A model generated the notes under the pieces. The model made no database searches, was not told the DNA's origin, and saw only the letters and a program-made list of their open reading frames with translations. A stretch of 64,000 nt of DNA from Candidatus Kerfeldbacteria bacterium (GTDB taxonomy: Bacteria; Patescibacteriota; Patescibacteriia; SBBC01; CAIJZX01). Both the position numbers and the translations under genes were made by a program. The stretch lies in contig JACPSJ010000001.1 of NCBI GenBank assembly GCA_016193315.1, forward strand, positions 535,478 through 599,477, given 5' to 3'. Below, in pieces: positions 35,893 to 44,777 of this stretch (the first letter of the stretch is position 1; every line of letters starts with the position of its first letter).

Positions 35893-36844
35893 TCGATCTC
35901 TTTCTCCGCCTAGAGCGGATGGAATGTACGATCCAGTTCCTTGTTCTTTACCTCACTTGAGCACTCAGATTCCCTCCAAGATTAGAAAGGGGGATGTTTG
36001 TGGGGGCTGAGTGCTCGAGCGAGGGTAAGATCTGGATCTCGATGCTCCCTTGAGCGCCCCGTGTGGAGGGACACGAGACGCTCGAGGGAGGGGGCGTCGC
36101 AGCACGAATACTGGACGCCCCAGGTGCGAGGAAGTGCCCGTTCACTTCCTCCGCTATTCAGCTCGGTCGAAAGGGCGTTACATAAATCCGGTCACGGCGT
36201 TCACCTCCTTGTTCAGGGATGGTGCCTCGAGGGAACGAATCAGGAGGCGAGCTGGAGGCGGCTTATGTCGACCGAAGTCAACGAACCGCCCAAATGTCCT
36301 TTGGCGTGGCTTTGGGAGTTTGCACCCCCTTGGCTACGATGTTAGGACGGCTGGATCCTGAGCCGCTTCAAGCGTGATCAGAACGCCAGTGCTCTCCCCT
36401 CCTTATTCCTCCCCTCTCTCGAAGGGACAGGTTTCTGCGACCAATGACACACGGCCACTGGCCGCAGAGCCTGTCCCGTCGAAATGGATACTCGGCTGGG
36501 GGAATCAACCCCTTTCTGTCGTCCCGATGCGCTTTGCCATCGGGCCTTCCTCCCTGCCCCTTGAGTTAAGGGGAAGGACATCAACAAAAAGGGTGGGGCG
36601 CGTTGAGGACCGATGAGCACCTGAATCTAGTTCAGGGTTAGTCGCCAACGCACCCCACCCTTCGGTGGCAATGGTTAGTAAATGTCGCTCCTCAACGACG
36701 CTGATGCTTGGTTGTAAGGCGCTGCCGGATCTCCTCTTCCTTCAGCCCAATTCAAGCGTAACAGGCCACTATAGAGCAGCCCTTGAATTTTGTCAAGGGG
36801 TACCTGGCCTAAAACGCCGTTTATCCGCTAACCTTAGCCTTTTT
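35893..36844. other. ~0.95-kb protein-free, highly structured segment (candidate large ncRNA / regulatory region)
   Basis: No ORF with an RBS on either strand. Perfect 11-bp hairpin at 36126-36154. Nested hairpins at 36420-36575 (GGACAGG...CCTGTCC, CCCGATG..CATCGGG, CCCCTTgagttAAGGGG). 15-bp inverted repeat GGGTGGGGCGCGTTG...CAACGCACCCCACCC at 36591-36660. 29-nt polypyrimidine tract at 36391-36419. Confidence 0.4.
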
Positions 36845-39001
36845 CTATTTCAGGACAACCTGGAATTGGCGGGAACGCTCGGATGTTGTCACCCAAACAG
36901 CCTGGCGCCCATCTCGCTGGCTTGAAGCGAGGGGCGCGAATTCTCGAACCTTGCGCGACCCCGGATCGAACGATAAAGTCCATCGGCGTTCGACCGTTCC
37001 TGGTTGTTTTTGCCAGATCATATTCCATAACCCGTGATCAGTGATCTGATCGAAGGGCACGGTATAGGTAAAGGTGATCGTTTGTTGCTGGCCGGGCGGC
37101 AGCAAGCTCCAGGCGCCGAAAACGCGCTTGCCGTTTTCGGCACTGAAACGGAAATGGTTGGTCGAATCGACCAGGACTTGACCTTCAGCCCGCTGAAGTT
37201 TCGACGATGGGGTGGTGCCAGGAGACGCGGTTTGGAAAAAACCCGCTGGCGGCGTCGAGGCGCCAGTGATCGACCCCAGCTGGGCTGAGGCCGGAACATA
37301 GATTCGCAGGAAGTCGTGGTTTGGTTGGAACCCGAGCGGATCGTCGGCTTGGCCGCCATGGACACGGGTCACCTTAACCGTGTGGCGAAGCAGACCGCTA
37401 TCGAGGGTGACGGCAATATCAACGTTTTCGGTCACTACACGATCTGTCTTCCCGCCGCCCAGATTACTATCAACCACGGACAGATAATCACCGTCGGTCT
37501 GGATAACGGCACCATTCCACCCTAGTTCGGCCACCGTCTGTCCGAAGTCAGGATCCTCGCTGGCCAGCATGATATTGGCCTGAGCGGCGTGAGACAAGAT
37601 CGTCACCACGGCCTCCAGTGCCTCGGCCGTGGGCAGTGAGCCAACGGACTGCAGCAGGACGGGAATAAGATCGAGAATGAACTGCTTCGGGTTATTGAGC
37701 GCTCGATCGAATTTTAATTCGACTTGCTGTTCCGTCGCGCGGACGAAGTTGTCGGCGGTCACGGCCACGTCATACCCCGGTGGGCGGAGCGGTCCGGTCA
37801 GGCGTAGTAAATCCTCGACCACGGCCGGGCTGAGCGCGATTACACCGTCCGGTCGAAAACCGCGGGCCTGCTCGTAGAAATCAAGCATGAACGAGGCTGA
37901 TGTCGGCCAGTCAAGAAACCAGTTGGCGTCATGGAATGCCCAGTACGGCGCCACCGCCAGCAGCGGTTCTGGTGGCCGCGTGGTATGCGGCGTCGTCGCC
38001 GTCAAGTCAAACGGGCCGGTCGCTGGCGCATCGACAATCCTCATCCGGCCACGGTCAAACTTGACGAGCACAAAAGTACCGGCAAACCCTCCGCTGGGCC
38101 GCAACTCATCATCATTCTGAAACACGACCAAATACTCTTGGGCTTGGTGCTGGGCAAACAAGCCGGTCAATAATCGACCAACCTGCTCGACCGCTCGGCC
38201 GTCAGGGAAGAATGACTGCTCGACCAGCTGCCACCAGCGCACCATTCTGGCGTAGTCGGCTGGCAGGACATCTGGATCGACCGATCGAAGAGCCCGTTCG
38301 GCCACGGCCAGATCGTTCACCACCGCAGTTAATGTGGCCGGCGCGCTGAAAATGGGCGTCAAAAACCCTAAGGATCCCTCCCATCCCTGAATCACGTCAC
38401 GCGGGGCGTTGGAGTGCGGGCGGGGGGCCGATGCCAGGGCTGTAGTCGCTCGTTGCCCGGCCTGGGCTAACGACTGGCCAGCCTGCGCTAGGGAACGAGC
38501 CGTCCGATATCGATTCCCGAGGCCGGGTAGGAACTCGACCATTGACGGTGGCAACCCCAACGGTCCTTGGAGGTCCGGCTCGATTCGCCCAAACAAGCGT
38601 TCGGCCTCGGCAAAATGCTGCCGCGCCGTAGCGACTTGATACTCGCGCCACGCCATCAGGCCAGCCTGAAGTTCTGACGCCGCCTGCTGTCCCCGGGTGG
38701 CCACCTGTCCGGCGGCCTGAGCGAACCGCGCGACGCCGACAATCGCTACGGCCGGGATGATAACCACCAACCCAACCACCAGAAAAAAGAAACTCTGCCG
38801 ACGGATTGACCCCCAGTCGCGGGCGGCGGCTGGCATATGCCAGGCGGCCGCCGGCCGCCGACGGAAGTGGCGACCTAAGTCCGGACGCGGAAGACGGCGC
38901 CGGTTTTCGGCCGCTTCCACCTGACGTTCCGCCACGATCTGGCGTAGATCGAGAACGTTGTGATCAGGAACGGGCGGGTGAACGTTTGGCGAGCTGCTCA
39001 T
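36845..39001 (-). CDS. Large membrane-anchored extracytoplasmic protein, possibly DUF4012 family (polysaccharide-locus associated)
   Basis: 718 aa; N-terminal TM (FFFLVVGLVVIIPAVAIVGV); coiled-coil-like Ala/Gln-rich region, then a long extracellular domain; sits at the head of the GT4-Wzz-GT4-PGT operon. Confidence 0.5.
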   Translation of the reverse strand: MSSSPNVHPPVPDHNVLDLRQIVAERQVEAAENRRRLPRPDLGRHFRRRPAAAWHMPAAARDWGSIRRQSFFFLVVGLVVIIPAVAIVGVARFAQAAGQVATRGQQAASELQAGLMAWREYQVATARQHFAEAERLFGRIEPDLQGPLGLPPSMVEFLPGLGNRYRTARSLAQAGQSLAQAGQRATTALASAPRPHSNAPRDVIQGWEGSLGFLTPIFSAPATLTAVVNDLAVAERALRSVDPDVLPADYARMVRWWQLVEQSFFPDGRAVEQVGRLLTGLFAQHQAQEYLVVFQNDDELRPSGGFAGTFVLVKFDRGRMRIVDAPATGPFDLTATTPHTTRPPEPLLAVAPYWAFHDANWFLDWPTSASFMLDFYEQARGFRPDGVIALSPAVVEDLLRLTGPLRPPGYDVAVTADNFVRATEQQVELKFDRALNNPKQFILDLIPVLLQSVGSLPTAEALEAVVTILSHAAQANIMLASEDPDFGQTVAELGWNGAVIQTDGDYLSVVDSNLGGGKTDRVVTENVDIAVTLDSGLLRHTVKVTRVHGGQADDPLGFQPNHDFLRIYVPASAQLGSITGASTPPAGFFQTASPGTTPSSKLQRAEGQVLVDSTNHFRFSAENGKRVFGAWSLLPPGQQQTITFTYTVPFDQITDHGLWNMIWQKQPGTVERRWTLSFDPGSRKVREFAPLASSQRDGRQAVWVTTSERSRQFQVVLK

Positions 39002-40094
39002 AGACAGTCAGCGTCTGACGAGCCAGGGTGGACCAGGAGAAATACCGTAACCGTTCATGGCCGGACTTGATCAAACGCTGCTGCTCTAGCTTATCACGAA
39101 AGGCCCGGCGGATCGAGTCGGCAATGTCCGCCACCTGCAGCGGATCGAAATACGCCGCCGCCGGGCCAAAGACCTCTGGCAGACAGGAGGCGTTGGCCGC
39201 ATAGACTGGGATGCCGGCGGCCATAGCCTCCAACCCAGGTAAACCGAAACCCTCGGACAACGAGGGGAAGATATAGGCCTGGGCGTACCGGTAGAGCGCG
39301 CTCAGTTCGGCATCGGAAGCGAATCCGAACCAGCAGACACGGTTGATCCCCTGCTGCTCAGCCCAGTCTCGTAGGCGGCGGGAGAAGTAATCCTCCTTCC
39401 CTACGAGCACGAGTTGGCCCTCGATCTCGCTGCTGACCTGTTGCCAGGCCGCCAATAGTCGTTCGAGATTCTTGTGCGGGTAAGAGTTCCCGACATGGAG
39501 AAGGAACGGGCGTTTTACCCCGCGGCGCGCCAAATCGGTGACCAGCACTGGCGACGGCAGTTGGTCAACTCCTTCGTAGGTCACTACTATCCGGTCCGCC
39601 GGCAAAGCAAAACGACGTCTCAGCTCCTGCCGACTGTGTTCGGAAACAGTAATAATTTTCCGCGCTTTCCGGACGGCTTGGCGCAAGACGAGCCGGTAGG
39701 CCGCGAACTTGGCGCGAAAAACAATCGGTTCAAGCGTGGTCGCACGTTCGGTGCGAAACTGATCGAGGATCAGATCGTGGATGGTGACGACAAAGGGTCG
39801 GCGATACAGAATCGGGACATTGAAGTGGGGGACGTGAAGAAGATCAAGACCGGCCCGGTAGTAGAGGGACGGTAAGAACAGTTGTTCCTTGAACGTATAC
39901 CATCGATAGTCAGCCAGAACTTTCCGCCAGTTCGGTTGTTGTGGCCGCCAGCGGTCCCAAGCCTCGGCCCGGAGAAAAACGATGTACTCGTTCCGGTGGT
40001 CAATGGCCTCGAGGTGGTGAATCAGTCGCTCTACATAGCGTCCGATCCCCGTCTCGAGCGGCCCAAAGAACCGAGCATCGATCCCAATGCGCAT
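38964..40094 (-). CDS. GT4 (group 1) glycosyltransferase
   Basis: The real start is most likely the ATG at 40094 (MRIGIDARFF, the typical GT4 N-terminus), which shares one nt with the Wzz TGA stop (TGATG); the C-terminal EX7E-type motif region is present. Confidence 0.7.
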   Translation of the reverse strand: MRIGIDARFFGPLETGIGRYVERLIHHLEAIDHRNEYIVFLRAEAWDRWRPQQPNWRKVLADYRWYTFKEQLFLPSLYYRAGLDLLHVPHFNVPILYRRPFVVTIHDLILDQFRTERATTLEPIVFRAKFAAYRLVLRQAVRKARKIITVSEHSRQELRRRFALPADRIVVTYEGVDQLPSPVLVTDLARRGVKRPFLLHVGNSYPHKNLERLLAAWQQVSSEIEGQLVLVGKEDYFSRRLRDWAEQQGINRVCWFGFASDAELSALYRYAQAYIFPSLSEGFGLPGLEAMAAGIPVYAANASCLPEVFGPAAAYFDPLQVADIADSIRRAFRDKLEQQRLIKSGHERLRYFSWSTLARQTLTVYEQLAKRSPARS

Positions 40095-40711
40095 CAGGAC
40101 GCTGGGAAACGAAGGTAGTGTTGTCCGGTGACCAGCAGTAAACCGAGAACCAAGCTGGTGATCAAGGCCAGCGCGGCCACCAACCACAGGTTTACCCGGT
40201 CGGGAGCGATGACCGGGTCACTATCTACAATCTCAAACAGCGGCTGCCCCTTCGGATCCTGGTTTAACTGATGCGTGCGCTCTTGTAACAGCGGCGGCAT
40301 GGCCGCGGCTACCTGTTCCGCTCGGCGCCTGGTCCGCTCGGAGAAGCGGACGACGATATTCTGGGCCGAATAACGCTTGACGCGGAAACGGGAAGGCAAC
40401 GTGGCTAACGATTGAATTTCGGGATTCACCTTCGCCCGGGCATATATTTCGTTCAACATGGACGGCGTCAAGAACCAACTGACCACGGTCTGCGAAAAGA
40501 GGTCAGCCGCCTGCAAGGCGTAGTAGCCATCATACTGGTAATCCGGCGTTGGTTCCGGCCTGACCCGGTTGACGGCGAACGACTGTGAGACGGCAAAGCG
40601 TGTCGGTCGACCTGCGGCGACCGCGAAGGCCGTCACCGTGGCCACGCCCACGATGGTTATGATCAGCCAGCGCTGACGCCAATAGAGCTGAAGATATTCA
40701 CGCAGTTCCAT
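40094..40711 (-). CDS. Wzz/Cps-type polysaccharide chain-length determinant (PCP) protein
   Basis: 205 aa; N-terminal TM following the Wzz-like motif (LREYLQLYWRQRWLIITIVGVATV); extracytoplasmic region; C-terminal TM. Confidence 0.6.
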   Translation of the reverse strand: MELREYLQLYWRQRWLIITIVGVATVTAFAVAAGRPTRFAVSQSFAVNRVRPEPTPDYQYDGYYALQAADLFSQTVVSWFLTPSMLNEIYARAKVNPEIQSLATLPSRFRVKRYSAQNIVVRFSERTRRRAEQVAAAMPPLLQERTHQLNQDPKGQPLFEIVDSDPVIAPDRVNLWLVAALALITSLVLGLLLVTGQHYLRFPAS

Positions 40712-40720
40712 GACTGTCGC

Positions 40721-41827
40721 TTATGGTAGCTGAGCTTGGTGAGTTTGCCAAGTCTGATCAACGAACCGTCGCAGCTCCTGGCGAAAACGGTCGACGCCGA
40801 AACCGAGCGCCCACCGGCGAATCTGATGCGGGTCAAACCGTTGACGCTGAAACCGGATGACCGTATCGGCCAAGGCTTCCCACTCTTGTTCCTGAAAGAA
40901 GACGCCGGTTTGGCCGGCTTTGACCGACTCAAGAGCCCCCCCGGCGGCGTAAGCGATAACCGGGCGTCCAGTGGCCATGGCCTCGACGGCGGTAATCCCG
41001 AAGTCTTCTTCCTGGGGATACAGAAAAGCGGCGGCCCGGCCATAGAGCTCATTGAGATCCTGGTCAGGAACCCGGCCCAGAAAATCGATGTTCTTCTTGG
41101 CCATGGTCTGCAACTGGGTCATGGCCGGACCGACGCCGAAGATTTTCAGCGGTAACCCCAGCTTGTTGAACGCCTGGATGGCCAAGTCAAAGCGCTTGTA
41201 CGGCACCAGCCGGCCGCCAGTTAAATAGTAGTCCCCTCCCCCCTGGTGGAGAGTGAAGCGTTGAAGATCAACCGGCGGATAGATGACCGCGCTATCACGA
41301 CGGTAGTATTTCTTAATCCGCTGCTGGACCGCACGGCTATTAGCCACGAAGTGGTCGACACGGTCGGCGGCCAAACGATCCCACATCCGCAGCCGGGTCA
41401 GCGACAACGGAATGAGGGCGCGAATCCAGCGGGGGTACGGCAATTCGTCGACGTATTGGTGGGTATCGCTCCACAAATAGCGGGTGGGGCTGTGGAGGTA
41501 ACAGAGATGGAGCGCGCGCGGATCGGTAATGACCCCTTTGGCGAAGGCCGAGGCGCTGGAAATCACCAGATCAAAACCGCGCAGGTCATAGCGCTCCACC
41601 GCGTTCGGCATCAAAGTCACAAACCACTGGTAGTAGCGCACGCCGCCAGGCAGACGTTGAATGAAGGAGGTCCGAATGTCGCGATCACGGAAGGCGGGAT
41701 TCGCCCGCCGCGGGTTGTAGACCAATGTAAACAGTGGCGCCTGCGGGAACATATCCATCAGGACTTGGGCCACGCGCTCGGCGCCCCCATCTTGGGCCAA
41801 ATGCTCATGCACGAGGGCGACGTTCAT
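40721..41827 (-). CDS. GT4 (group 1) glycosyltransferase
   Basis: 368 aa; GT-B fold with the C-terminal nucleotide-sugar-binding E..E motif region. Confidence 0.7.
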   Translation of the reverse strand: MNVALVHEHLAQDGGAERVAQVLMDMFPQAPLFTLVYNPRRANPAFRDRDIRTSFIQRLPGGVRYYQWFVTLMPNAVERYDLRGFDLVISSASAFAKGVITDPRALHLCYLHSPTRYLWSDTHQYVDELPYPRWIRALIPLSLTRLRMWDRLAADRVDHFVANSRAVQQRIKKYYRRDSAVIYPPVDLQRFTLHQGGGDYYLTGGRLVPYKRFDLAIQAFNKLGLPLKIFGVGPAMTQLQTMAKKNIDFLGRVPDQDLNELYGRAAAFLYPQEEDFGITAVEAMATGRPVIAYAAGGALESVKAGQTGVFFQEQEWEALADTVIRFQRQRFDPHQIRRWALGFGVDRFRQELRRFVDQTWQTHQAQLP

Positions 41828-43212
41828 CAGGCGGCAGACTTAGTGCTGAGGACGGCCGCCGGAGTCCGCAGCAGGATCTGGGCATCGAGACCGAACGACC
41901 AGTGTTCTATATAATAGGTATCGAGGTGGGCTTCGTCATCGAAACTCAGATTCGAACGCCCAGATATCTGAGCCATCCCGGTAATCCCCGGTTTGATGGT
42001 CAAGAGCTTCTTGTGGTGTTTTTCGTAACGGGCCACTTCGGCCGGCTCATGGGGACGCGGACCAACCAAGCTCATCTGGCCGCGGACAACGTTGATCAGT
42101 TGTGGTAGCTCGTCGATGCTGGTCCGACGAAGGAATTTCCCTAGGCGGGTAATCCGCGGGTCATCTTTAATCTTAAACAAGGGGCCGTCGGCCCGCTCAT
42201 TACGATCCATCAACTGAGGTTTCAGCGCTTCGGCGTCACGAATCATCGAGCGAAACTTCCACAGCCGAAAACGCTTCTGACCTTCCCCCACCCGTTCCAG
42301 ACGGACAAACACCGGACCGGCTGAGTCGAGTTTGATCAGCCCGGCCACGATGGCGCCGGGTACGGCGCAGACGATCAGGCCCAGGGTGGATCCGACGAGA
42401 TCGAAGGTCCGTTTCAAAATCCGACCCCACCCATCGAGTGGCGTTCGCTTCAATTCCATGATCGGCACGCCGGCGACGTAATCCATGTCCACCCGGGCCA
42501 CCTGGGTATCCAGCACGTCGGCCGCGTAGCGGAAACTGACATTAGATTCCAGACAGTGGTCAAGCAACTCCAGCGCTTGGGCCCGACTCAGACCGGCTTC
42601 CGCCTGGATGACTTCATCGACCGTCTGCTGTTGGATGAGCGTTCCCAGTTCGGCCAGCGCGGATGGATCAACCTGGGGGTAGTGCCGGAGAACCCGCACG
42701 CCTAGTTCTGGTCGGCTGTGAAAGGTCGACAGGAGGTGGTTCGTGGTGGCGTCGTTACCGACAATCACTGCTTGCCGAACGCCGACGCCGCGAGTGAGCA
42801 TTAGCCGTTGCACCCCCCGCACCAGCAGGTGGCTGGCCCACAGAAAAAGAATCGACAACACCCAGCCGGCCAGAATAATGAAGCGCGAGGTAAAAAACTC
42901 CCGTCGGAAAAAAATGAAGACGATAATCATCAGCACCCCGGTCGAGGCACCCAAGAAAATGCGGCCCAGCTCACCCGTGACACGACGTTGACGAGTGGCG
43001 TAGACGCCGGCAGCAGCCAAGACCACAATCCAGCCGAGCGCGACGACGAGCACGGTCCGAATATAGCCAGCGAATGGTAGCGGGGTCGCGACCGGCAGGA
43101 GTTGCGCAACCTGGTCGAACCGCAAGGCATACGCCGCCCAGCCGGCCAAGACCAGGACCAGATAATCGAGCGGCACCAACAAAGCCGCCAAGAAGAGATC
43201 AGTGCGTTTCAT
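41827..43212 (-). CDS. Polyprenyl-phosphate hexose-1-phosphate transferase (WbaP/CpsE-type priming sugar transferase)
   Basis: 461 aa; 4-5 N-terminal TM plus the conserved bacterial sugar transferase domain (FRLWKFRSM...[21 protein letters not shown]). Confidence 0.8.
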   Translation of the reverse strand: MKRTDLFLAALLVPLDYLVLVLAGWAAYALRFDQVAQLLPVATPLPFAGYIRTVLVVALGWIVVLAAAGVYATRQRRVTGELGRIFLGASTGVLMIIVFIFFRREFFTSRFIILAGWVLSILFLWASHLLVRGVQRLMLTRGVGVRQAVIVGNDATTNHLLSTFHSRPELGVRVLRHYPQVDPSALAELGTLIQQQTVDEVIQAEAGLSRAQALELLDHCLESNVSFRYAADVLDTQVARVDMDYVAGVPIMELKRTPLDGWGRILKRTFDLVGSTLGLIVCAVPGAIVAGLIKLDSAGPVFVRLERVGEGQKRFRLWKFRSMIRDAEALKPQLMDRNERADGPLFKIKDDPRITRLGKFLRRTSIDELPQLINVVRGQMSLVGPRPHEPAEVARYEKHHKKLLTIKPGITGMAQISGRSNLSFDDEAHLDTYYIEHWSFGLDAQILLRTPAAVLSTKSAA

Positions 43213-43261
43213 GACCGTCTACGTACCTCTCGACCAGACCACCGGTAAGCCGAATTCTGTT

Positions 43262-43331
43262 CCCGCACCTTTCTGAGCTCAACACCTGATGGTGATGGTT
43301 GACGTGTGGCCGTTGCTCAGAAAGGTGCGGG
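43262..43331. repeat. Perfect 17-bp inverted repeat CCCGCACCTTTCTGAGC ... GCTCAGAAAGGTGCGGG with 36-nt structured loop
   Basis: Seen directly, between the PGT gene start and the 3' end of rnpB; may act as the rnpB terminator or a protein-binding site. Confidence 0.5.
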
Positions 43332-43369
43332 AGATGATCATCTCTCTTGGAGTGCCATTGCTGACACCC

Positions 43370-43900
43370 TCTAGCGATCTACCCGTCCCGCTGTCAGGCG
43401 GAACCTATACGATCTTGCACCAGAGAGGGTTTGCCCGCCGTCCGGCTCACGCCGGACCGCCGTGCGCTCTGACCGTCACCGCCTTTCGGCGGGATCCCGC
43501 GGTATGCGGGACACGATTTCACCCTTACTCTTTCCACGCCGGCGAAGCCGCGCTGCGATCCCCCGGTTCATTTATGAACCAGAAGACTGGCCAGTGTCGA
43601 CTCGCGAGAAGTGCCTGAATGAATCAAGCGATGGCATGGAAGGAGCGGTATGTTTCTGTTGCACTCTTCGTCCCGCTATATAGCGGGATCCCTGGGCTTG
43701 GCCCCGACGCCCCGCTCACCGGGGGTCGGGATTACTCCCGGTCGCTGTTAGCGACTCTCTGCTTATCCCGACGCGCTTGCGCGGTCGGCATGGTGTTCGG
43801 ACTTTCCTCCCCGATCGCGCTGACGCGCACCGGAGCGATCATCTAGTGGTCTGGAAAGAGGCTCAAACAGCGTACTATAATCGAGGCCCGCTGTCAACCT
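43370..43900 (-). ncRNA. rnpB: RNase P RNA (bacterial type A), ends approximate
   Basis: Minus-strand sequence contains the P4 motif GGGGAGGAAAGTCCG, then GAGTGCAACAGAAACATACCGC, AAGGGTGAAATCGTG and GGTCAGAGCGCACGG, in the order of E. coli M1 RNA; the 5'/3' ends carry a complementary GCGATC. The overlapping plus-strand ORFs are spurious. Confidence 0.7.
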
Positions 43901-44064
43901 ACACCATTTCTTGGGTCGTGAAGATTGCCCCTTCTTTTCAATCTCCACGTCACATCAAATACAGCGGCGTTCGTCGGCTAATAATCAAACCAACACCAAC
44001 GCTGGCTGGCTTGACCTCCGCGCCTTACCAAGTCTACTTTGACGCCGAGACGGGCGACCAAACA

Positions 44065-44556
44065 CTACGGTCGGCGATCAAGATGTGCGGTTCGTCGAAA
44101 GGTGGTGATGTCTATTACGTGCTCGCGCTTATGGCCATAGTTAGCGTAGACGATAAAGTCGTCGAGCGAATACTCCGGGCCGTACCAAGGAATGGTCCCG
44201 ACTTGTCGCAGTCGCTCCGATCCTAATTCCTCAACTAGCCCCGCGACGCGCTGGTGAGCCTGTCCATATTCCGTCAGAATCTCGGCCGCCGAAAGGGCCT
44301 GGCGGTTAGCCACTTGTTGATTGTCAAAACCAACTCGATCACTAATCATGGCCTCGAGTGTTGGTCGCGGCTCGCGTCCCAAAACAAACTTCAAAGCATC
44401 CTCGAGGAACAGTTCGTACGAGGCCAAGTGAGCGGCCATATCTTTGAGTGACCAGCGGCCGGTCACTCCCGCCCGCTGCCAATCTTCCATGGTCAGGCCG
44501 TCAAGCGCCTGATAGACATCGCGGTGGCCATGGGCCAAAATATCCTTGGCGTTCAT
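44065..44556 (-). CDS. ClbS/DfsB (DUF1706) or DinB-like four-helix-bundle protein
   Basis: 163 aa; W..KD..AHL.SYE and HKREH motifs. Confidence 0.4.
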   Translation of the reverse strand: MNAKDILAHGHRDVYQALDGLTMEDWQRAGVTGRWSLKDMAAHLASYELFLEDALKFVLGREPRPTLEAMISDRVGFDNQQVANRQALSAAEILTEYGQAHQRVAGLVEELGSERLRQVGTIPWYGPEYSLDDFIVYANYGHKREHVIDITTFRRTAHLDRRP

Positions 44557-44575
44557 GGCCGCCGGGAATCCGGGG

Positions 44576-44716
44576 TTAGAGTGTTCGACTCGGGCGTCGG
44601 CCGCGCCGGACGTGTTCGGTCACCGTCGTGCTGGCGTGCTTCTCGACATAGCGCCGGCTGACGAAACGTCCATCCTTGGCGCTACGGAAAACCTTTTTTG
44701 TTCGGCCTCTAGCCAT
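44576..44716 (-). CDS. Possible 46-aa basic protein (MARGRTKKVFRSAKDGRFVSRRYVEKH...)
   Basis: Internal ATG of the track ORF 44576..44854, downstream of the GGDEF stop; no recognised family. Confidence 0.2.
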   Translation of the reverse strand: MARGRTKKVFRSAKDGRFVSRRYVEKHASTTVTEHVRRGRRPSRTL

Positions 44717-44777
44717 AAGAAGTAATGGTTGGGCAGGCGAATCAACCTGGTCAATAACTCTACCTCTTTTTGGGCTA

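Larger units (their letters stand above)
35151..36090 (+). repeat. Family of four long imperfect hairpins built on CUCACUUGrGC / GCyCGAGUGAG arms (35151-35193, 35391-35434, 35952-36023, 36044-36090)
   Basis: Seen directly. In every copy the arm mismatches are A/G transitions that form G-U pairs only on the plus-strand transcript, implying plus-strand RNA structure opposite to the minus-strand genes. Confidence 0.5.

Noticed and set aside
35151-36090. CRISPR array
   Set aside because: The repeated elements are inverted-repeat hairpins of variable length and sequence, not identical direct repeats separated by unique spacers, and no cas genes are present.
35998-36925. Small plus-strand ORFs (115, 103, 80, 86 aa) in the structured non-coding segment
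   Set aside because: No RBS, Arg/Trp-rich low-complexity products; they overlap strong RNA secondary structures. The region is better explained as non-coding.
43289-44226. Plus-strand ORFs (109, 73, 75, 149 aa) over 43.3-44.2 kb
   Set aside because: They overlap the RNase P RNA gene and its flanking hairpin, and have no RBS and no protein-like composition.
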